Assembly: GCA_947311445.1 (NCBI GenBank)
Contig: CAMZKV010000008.1
Span: forward strand, 5,145-69,144
Length of the DNA stretch: 64,000 nucleotides
Reading direction: 5' to 3'
From: an uncultured Chlorobiota bacterium
Lineage (GTDB): Bacteria; Bacteroidota; Bacteroidia; Bacteroidales; JAADGE01
Below the pieces are notes generated by a model, which was not told the origin of the DNA, searched no databases, and saw only the letters and a list, made by a program, of their open reading frames with translations. The translations under genes were made by a program, and so were the position numbers. Shown one piece after another: positions 58,241 to 64,000 of the stretch; the first letter of the stretch is position 1; every line of letters starts with the position of its first letter.

Positions 58241-58756
58241 TTAGCTTTTTTTTAATTCATTTAAAATCTTAATTAATTCAATCATATGATTTTTAGATAA
58301 GAGAGTAATACTTAAAGGAGGATACATAAAAATACCTTTTGGAGTTTTAACTTTAAACTGAATAGTTTTTTGGAAACCAAAAAATAATTTTTTAATTTCA
58401 TAATCATAAAAATAATTTTTTGGAATTTCAAAAGCTTTAAACTTTCTAAAAATAGGATGTGCCGTATAATATCTTACCGTAAGTTTGTTGCCTAAATATT
58501 CAACAAATAAATAATTAGATTTTCTTAAAAGAAAAATAATATAAGTTAAAACTACTCCTCCAATAAAAAACAATAAAATTTCAGAACTTCTAAGCTCAAA
58601 AAGATACAATGAAGTTAGTGCAAACAAAACACCTAACATTAACATATAACTTATTTTTAAAATTGCCGTATTTGATTTGTTGTCAACTATCATAAAATTG
58701 TTATTAATATTTACAAAATCGTTTATAGTAAAAACATTGTCTTTTGTCAAATACAA
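58241..58756 (-). CDS. hypothetical membrane protein
   Basis: 171 aa with two central TM helices. No motif recognised. Confidence 0.4.
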   Translation of the reverse strand: MYLTKDNVFTINDFVNINNNFMIVDNKSNTAILKISYMLMLGVLFALTSLYLFELRSSEILLFFIGGVVLTYIIFLLRKSNYLFVEYLGNKLTVRYYTAHPIFRKFKAFEIPKNYFYDYEIKKLFFGFQKTIQFKVKTPKGIFMYPPLSITLLSKNHMIELIKILNELKKS

Positions 58757-58847
58757 AACTTTGTTTGTGTATATGATTATTTTTCTAAAAACATTTTTCT
58801 ATATTTGTAAAAATAAAATAAATAAAACAATTTCAAAAATTAATATT

Positions 58848-61025
58848 ATGATTAAAAAGTTTTTTTCTGTATTAATTGTGTTCACAATTATACTAAATAC
58901 CAATGCAAAAGCAGATGGAGATGACGAGGGAATGTGGTTGCCAATGCTTGTTCAAAAATTGAACATGAAAAAAATGCAAGCAATGGGGCTTAAATTAACT
59001 GCCGAAGATATATATAGTGTAAATCAAGGAAGTTTAAAAGATGCTGTTATTGCTCTAGACCACGGTTCTTGTTCAGGAGAACTTGTATCGGCGGAAGGTT
59101 TGTTTTTAACTAACCATCACTGCGGATATGGTGAAATACAAGCCCACAGTACTGTTGAACACGATTATTTAACAGATGGGTTTTGGGCAATGTCAAGAAA
59201 AGAAGAACTTCCGAATCCTGGAAAAACTGTGTCTTTTTTAATTAATGTTAAAGATGTAACAGACAAAATAAATGCTGTTGTTACAGATGAAATGTCAGAA
59301 AAAGAAAGAGAAGCTGCAATACACAAACTTTCTCAAAAACTTGAAAAAGAAGCAATTGATAATTCAAAAGAATGGTACGAAGCAAGGGTTCAATCTTTTT
59401 TTGAAGGCAACAATTACTATTTGTTTGTTTATGAAACTTTTATGGATGTTCGTTTAGTTGGAGCACCACCATCTTCAATAGGAAAATATGGAGCAGATAC
59501 AGATAATTGGATGTGGCCACGCCATACCGGAGATTTTTCTATGTTTAGAATTTATTGTGCACCAGATGGAAAACCAGCAGAATACTCAGAAGATAATGTG
59601 CCATATAAACCAAAAAAATTCTTTCCTGTTTCTATAAAAGGTGTTAAAAAAAATGATTTTGCAATGGTAATGGGATATCCCGGAGGGACAACAAGATATA
59701 TGACCTCTTGGGGTGTTGAAAACGAAATGGATGTTACTAATAAAATTAGGATTAAACTAAGAGGCATCAAACAAGAAATAATGAAAAAAGAAATGGATGA
59801 CAGCGATAAGGTAAGAATTCAATATGCTTCAAAATATTCTCGATCAACAAATTACTACAAATATTCAATTGGTCAAAATAATGGATTAAAAGCATTGGAT
59901 GTTATTGGAAAAAAAGAAAAAGAAGAGGCTGAAATAGAATCTTGGATTAATAAAAAAAATAAAAGAAAAGAAAAATATGCAAAAGCACTTCCAACAATTA
60001 AAAAATCAATTAAAGAATTAAAAAATTCAAATATTGCTAAAAATTATTGGATAGAAGCATTTTGGTTGGGACCAGAATTTATAAAAACAGCTTTAAGAGG
60101 ATATTATGGTTTACAAAAAGCTGTTGGGAACGAAGACGCAATGAAAGAATTTAAAGAAAAAAGTAAAAAGTTTTTCAAAGATTATTATCAACCTATTGAC
60201 AAAGCAATTTTTATTGCAATGTGTAATGCCTACAAAGAAGACATTCAAGAGTCTGATTATCCTACATTTTTTGAAACAGTAAAAAATGACTATGAAGGAG
60301 ATTTTTCAAAATATGCAGATTACTTATATTCCACGTCAATATTTGTAGACGAAGAAAAATATAATAAGTTTCTTGACTCTCCTGATTTAAAAGTTTTAGG
60401 AGAAGACCCTGCTGTTGTGGTTGCAAATTCTGTTTATAGTTTATATATGGGAGCATCTGCAAAAACGGAAGATATTGCAATGGAATATGGAAAAGGAAAA
60501 AGACAATATCTTGCCGCAAAATTAGAAAAAGAAAAAAATATTCCACATTATCCAGATGCAAATTCAACTATGAGATTTACTTATGGTAGTGTAGGAGATT
60601 ATTCTCCAAAAGATGCTGTTTTATATAAACACTATACTACACTTAAAGGATACATGGAAAAAGAAAATGTTGGAAGTCCTAAAACTGATGAGTTTTATGT
60701 TCCGCAAAGGTTAAAAGATATGTATGCTAAAAAAGATTATGGACAGTATGGTATTAAAAAAGCCGATGGAAGTAAAGAAATGAGAGTTTGTTTTACTACC
60801 AATAATGATATAACAGGAGGAAACTCCGGCAGTCCTGTTCTTAATGGGAACGGTGAACTAATTGGAATTGCTTTTGATGGAAATTGGGAAGCAATGAGTG
60901 GAGATATTGCTTTTGAAACAGAACTTCAAAAATGTATAAATGTTGACATTCGGTTTGTTTTGTTTATTATTGATAAATATGCAGGAGCATCTCATTTGGT
61001 TAAAGAAATGAAAATTATTAAATAA
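58848..61025 (+). CDS. S46 family dipeptidyl-peptidase (DPP7/DPP11-like)
   Basis: Signal peptide from the ATG at 58848; LTNHHCGYG (His), TGGNSGSPVLNGNGELIGIAFDGNWE (Ser). Confidence 0.85.
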   Translation: MIKKFFSVLIVFTIILNTNAKADGDDEGMWLPMLVQKLNMKKMQAMGLKLTAEDIYSVNQGSLKDAVIALDHGSCSGELVSAEGLFLTNHHCGYGEIQAHSTVEHDYLTDGFWAMSRKEELPNPGKTVSFLINVKDVTDKINAVVTDEMSEKEREAAIHKLSQKLEKEAIDNSKEWYEARVQSFFEGNNYYLFVYETFMDVRLVGAPPSSIGKYGADTDNWMWPRHTGDFSMFRIYCAPDGKPAEYSEDNVPYKPKKFFPVSIKGVKKNDFAMVMGYPGGTTRYMTSWGVENEMDVTNKIRIKLRGIKQEIMKKEMDDSDKVRIQYASKYSRSTNYYKYSIGQNNGLKALDVIGKKEKEEAEIESWINKKNKRKEKYAKALPTIKKSIKELKNSNIAKNYWIEAFWLGPEFIKTALRGYYGLQKAVGNEDAMKEFKEKSKKFFKDYYQPIDKAIFIAMCNAYKEDIQESDYPTFFETVKNDYEGDFSKYADYLYSTSIFVDEEKYNKFLDSPDLKVLGEDPAVVVANSVYSLYMGASAKTEDIAMEYGKGKRQYLAAKLEKEKNIPHYPDANSTMRFTYGSVGDYSPKDAVLYKHYTTLKGYMEKENVGSPKTDEFYVPQRLKDMYAKKDYGQYGIKKADGSKEMRVCFTTNNDITGGNSGSPVLNGNGELIGIAFDGNWEAMSGDIAFETELQKCINVDIRFVLFIIDKYAGASHLVKEMKIIK

Positions 61026-61042
61026 AGTATTTGTTATTTTAT

Positions 61043-61076
61043 AAAAAAGGTTGTCTTTTAAGACAACCTTTTTTTG
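61043..61076. terminator. hairpin terminator between convergent genes
   Basis: aaggttgtc / ttttaa / gacaacctt flanked by an A-run and a T-run. Confidence 0.7.
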
Positions 61077-61285
61077 TATAATACCGGTTAATTTTGTGAT
61101 TTATACAATAAAAACTGTTTTTTAGGGAAAACTAATCATTTTGTTTTCTGACTCAGTTTTAAAATTTGGAATATAAATGTTGATATAACTAAAAATTTAA
61201 TTGAAGGTGTTCAATTTTTGGATTTTAAATGAGTAAATTCAAAAAAGGCTGTGTTGCAGTTTTGTTAATAGAAAAGACTAACTAT

Positions 61286-62560
61286 TTATTCTGCATAAAA
61301 AAACAGCATTTCTAAAACAGTTTTATAACAAACAGGGCAAAACTCATCTGTACTGTTTGAACGCATTTTACAATCATGAGTTGGTCTGTATATTTTTTCT
61401 TTTACATAACCAGCTCCTTCAAAAGCACCAATTTTTTTTTCGTAAATTATTGTATCCGGTGTAGGAACCGGGGTGTATTTTCCAACTAAATTTTTCCACT
61501 TTGAATCAAAACCAACAAGATTTGTTATATTTACTTGCCAGGGTTCAACAGACATATTATAAATGTTTTCTGCTTTATCATATCCGTATTGATATTCATC
61601 TGCCAGAGCAGCAAATGCGTGTCCGAATTCGTGTGTAAAAACACGTCCAGAATATTCATTATCTGCGGAGCACAAATTATAATAATTATAAACCCCGCCT
61701 CCTCCATATTTTGAAGTGTTTACAAGAATATAAATTTGGTCGTATGGAACATAAGCCGCAATATTTCTTAGTTCTTCAATATCTTGAGTAGTTAGATAGC
61801 GTTCCCAACCAAATGTGTAAAAGTGAGTATTAATAACAGTATTTTTCCATATACTATCTCCTGGAATATCTGTCCCGGTTTCTTCAGAAATCGCATCTAC
61901 TGCCCAGAAGTTAACTTTGTTTTTATGGATTTTAAATGGCTTAACATCAAAAAAGTATTTTATAAACCGTTTACAATCATTATGGAATTTGGTCATTTCG
62001 TTTTCTGTATATCCGTCGGGAATAATAACAATATCAAGCTTTTTATTGTGATTTCCGGAATAATGTAATTTCTGAGTTTTATATTTTGTTTGTTTGTCTT
62101 TTATTATTGAAATTGAGTTTGGGTCAATTTTAGTTTGAAACAAAGTTTTAAAAACTAGGTTTTTGTTTCTCATTTCTATTTTCAAAATTATTGTGTCTTT
62201 TGGAAAAGGACATATAACAGATTCATAGAAACTTCTTGATGTTGTTTTTGCTTCTTCGGTATTAATCCATTCATAAAAAAGAGAAGAGTAGCCCCTTGAA
62301 TAAATTAATTTTTGACTTTTTGCGTCATAAATTAATACCCTAAAATCACCAAAATTAAATTTGTCAATTAAATTAATTTTTGAGCCTCCCCAAAATGGTT
62401 CTTGTTTGGTTTTGTTATAGAAAACCTTTGTTTCTTTATTGTTTCCTCCAATGTTGTAGTCAAAGCGTAATGATTTGTTAATAAAGAACTTGTCGAACTC
62501 AGTTTGGGCATTAAGTGTGCAGCTGAAAATTACTAATATTATTGAGATGACAGTTTTCAT
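61286..62560 (-). CDS. M64 family (IgA peptidase-like) zinc metallopeptidase, exported
   Basis: Signal peptide; HEFGHAFAALADEY zinc motif. Confidence 0.8.
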   Translation of the reverse strand: MKTVISIILVIFSCTLNAQTEFDKFFINKSLRFDYNIGGNNKETKVFYNKTKQEPFWGGSKINLIDKFNFGDFRVLIYDAKSQKLIYSRGYSSLFYEWINTEEAKTTSRSFYESVICPFPKDTIILKIEMRNKNLVFKTLFQTKIDPNSISIIKDKQTKYKTQKLHYSGNHNKKLDIVIIPDGYTENEMTKFHNDCKRFIKYFFDVKPFKIHKNKVNFWAVDAISEETGTDIPGDSIWKNTVINTHFYTFGWERYLTTQDIEELRNIAAYVPYDQIYILVNTSKYGGGGVYNYYNLCSADNEYSGRVFTHEFGHAFAALADEYQYGYDKAENIYNMSVEPWQVNITNLVGFDSKWKNLVGKYTPVPTPDTIIYEKKIGAFEGAGYVKEKIYRPTHDCKMRSNSTDEFCPVCYKTVLEMLFFYAE

Positions 62561-62725
62561 ATTTATAAAACTTCTAATTATCTTGTAATGAGCAGATTGC
62601 TTTAATGTTTGTGTTTAAAATAATTATGTTGTTCTGCACATATAAAACCTTACTTTGTTCTGAAAGTAATTGGTTTGTGATAATATAGTTATGCCTTAAA
62701 ATGTAATTTTTTTGTTTCTTTTATG
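62561..62725 (-). repeat. conserved upstream module, copy D
   Basis: The minus strand reads cataaaagaaacaaaaaaattacattttaaggcataactatattatcacaaaccaattactttcagaacaaagtaaggttttatatgtgcagaac...gataattagaagttttataaatATG. Confidence 0.7.
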
Positions 62726-62754
62726 CCTAAATTCAAGTATTAAAAAAAATGATT

Positions 62755-63231
62755 TTATTTATTTGGTGTTATTTCTAGTAATTCAACTTCAAAAACTAAA
62801 GTAGAATAGCCGGGTATTGTTCCTCTTCCATTAACTCCATATGCTAAATTACTAGGAATAATTAAAGTTGCTTTTCCTCCTTTTTTCATGTAAGCTATTC
62901 CTTCATCCCAACCTCTAATAACTTGTCCAATTCCAAGAGTAAAGGTAAAAGGGTCTTTTCCAATTGAAGAATCAAAAACTTCTCCATCAATAAACATTCC
63001 CTTATAATGAACTGTTACTCTGTCTCCTGTTTTTGGATTGTTTCCTGTGCCGGCTTTTGTTTCTATGTAATACATTCCACTGTCTGTCGGGCTTTCTGAA
63101 ATATCATTGTCTGCAATATATGCTTCTAATAACTTTTTTTCTTTTTTTTCTTTTCTGTTACAGGCAGAAAAAAGAACAGCTGTTCCAATTATTATAAATA
63201 AAATTGGTTTAATTTTCTTTTTTAAGTTCAT
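62755..63231 (-). CDS. FKBP-type peptidyl-prolyl cis-trans isomerase lipoprotein
   Basis: Lipobox LFSAC; VHYKGMFIDGEVFDSS and GQVIRGWDEG blocks. Confidence 0.9.
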   Translation of the reverse strand: MNLKKKIKPILFIIIGTAVLFSACNRKEKKEKKLLEAYIADNDISESPTDSGMYYIETKAGTGNNPKTGDRVTVHYKGMFIDGEVFDSSIGKDPFTFTLGIGQVIRGWDEGIAYMKKGGKATLIIPSNLAYGVNGRGTIPGYSTLVFEVELLEITPNK

Positions 63232-63241
63232 TGTTTTGTTT

Positions 63242-64000
63242 TTACTTTATAATATCAAAGTTAAGAAATTTTTGTAATGCTTTCGGAATTTTAATACCTT
63301 CTTCGGAATAATTGTTTTCTAAAATAGCTGCAAGAATTCTTGGTAATGCTAATGCACTTCCATTAAGTGTGTGAGCAAGTTTTGTTTGTTTTTTTCCTTT
63401 TTCTTTGTAGCGGAGCTTTAATCTGTTTGCTTGAAAACTTTCAAAATTTGATACAGAGCTTACTTCTAACCATTTATCTTGTCCGGCAGAATAAACTTCA
63501 AAATCATAAGTTAATGCAGAAGTAAAACCTAAATCTCCTCCACAAAGTCTAACTATTCTGTATGGTAGTTCTAGTTTTTGGACTAATGTTTCAACATAAG
63601 CAACCATTTTTTCGAGAGTTTCGTATGATTTATCGGGATGCTCTATATGAACAATTTCAATTTTGTCAAATTGGTGTAAACGGTTTAATCCTCTTACGTC
63701 TTTTCCGTATGAGCCAGCCTCTCTTCTGAAACAAGAAGAATATGCTGTCATTTTTATTGGAAAATCTTCTGCGTTTAAAATAACATCTCTGTAAATGTTT
63801 GTAACAGGAACTTCTGCTGTTGGAATCATAAACAAATTATCTTCGTTCATGTGGTACATTTGCCCTTCTTTGTCTGGTAATTGCCCTGTTCCAATACCAG
63901 AGGCTTCGTTTATCATTAAAGGGGGCATAATTTCAGTATATCCGGCCTTATCAGCTTCGTCAAGAAAAAATGCTATTAGTGCTCTTTGTATTTTTGCACC
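63242..64000 (-). CDS. serS: seryl-tRNA synthetase, 5'-partial (runs off the window)
   Basis: Class II motifs FRREAGS and TLNGSALALPR. The frame stays open upstream of the track ORF through nt 64000 (GAKIQRALIAFFLDEADKAGYTEIMPP). Confidence 0.9.
   Translation of the reverse strand, partial: GAKIQRALIAFFLDEADKAGYTEIMPPLMINEASGIGTGQLPDKEGQMYHMNEDNLFMIPTAEVPVTNIYRDVILNAEDFPIKMTAYSSCFRREAGSYGKDVRGLNRLHQFDKIEIVHIEHPDKSYETLEKMVAYVETLVQKLELPYRIVRLCGGDLGFTSALTYDFEVYSAGQDKWLEVSSVSNFESFQANRLKLRYKEKGKKQTKLAHTLNGSALALPRILAAILENNYSEEGIKIPKALQKFLNFDIIK

Noticed and set aside
61077-61285. Long (about 210 nt) spacer beyond the terminator between convergent S46 and M64 genes as a possible sRNA or small gene
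   Set aside because: It is AT-rich with only trivial ORFs (29 codons or fewer, one running into the M64 gene end). It has no stem-loops or promoter boxes I can support.
1-64000. CRISPR arrays, transposases/IS elements, integrases, prophage or conjugative genes
   Set aside because: None were seen. No regularly spaced direct repeats are present, and no ORF has transposase, integrase or phage hallmarks.

Overview
This is a 64-kb, visibly AT-rich stretch (about one-third GC or less by eye, not computed) of what looks like a Bacteroidota chromosome. Supporting signs are a GldA-like ABC ATPase, two proteins with T9SS C-terminal sorting domains, TTTG/TAnnTTTG-type promoter boxes and A-rich, Shine-Dalgarno-less start contexts. 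The content is mostly housekeeping and envelope genes: a SAM-riboswitch-controlled metH-metF pair, B12-dependent nrdJ, tRNA-Cys, ribE, gldA, dnaN, ilvE, dapD, tsaC, a CapD/GT4 polysaccharide cluster, ileS-dksA-lspA, hemW, two ClC channels, serS, and many exported peptidases (M1, C1B, S46, M64). I saw no transposase, integrase, phage gene, CRISPR array or recognisable defence operon. Two signals are not explained by ordinary annotation. (1) GC-rich, perfect 16-bp-stem palindromes sit in frame inside the metH coding sequence at two separate places. Both are read in the same phase as DPAGF(Q/K)NPQGL, reminiscent of in-frame palindromic mobile elements. (2) A 160-170-nt upstream module occurs five times. 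Each copy is oriented with the downstream gene and abuts its ATG, and four copies place a shared conserved block ending 70-74 nt upstream of it. Two copies are identical over 32 of 33 nt, and the inner hairpin shows compensatory changes, so this is a candidate shared promoter plus structured 5' leader or small-RNA family. Lesser oddities include an adenylate cyclase-HD fusion divergent from a tandem USP gene, PspC paralogues flanking padR, overlapping tandem ClC genes, and a T9SS nuclease wedged into the ileS-lspA operon. All homology calls come from motif recognition by eye, and no searches were run.
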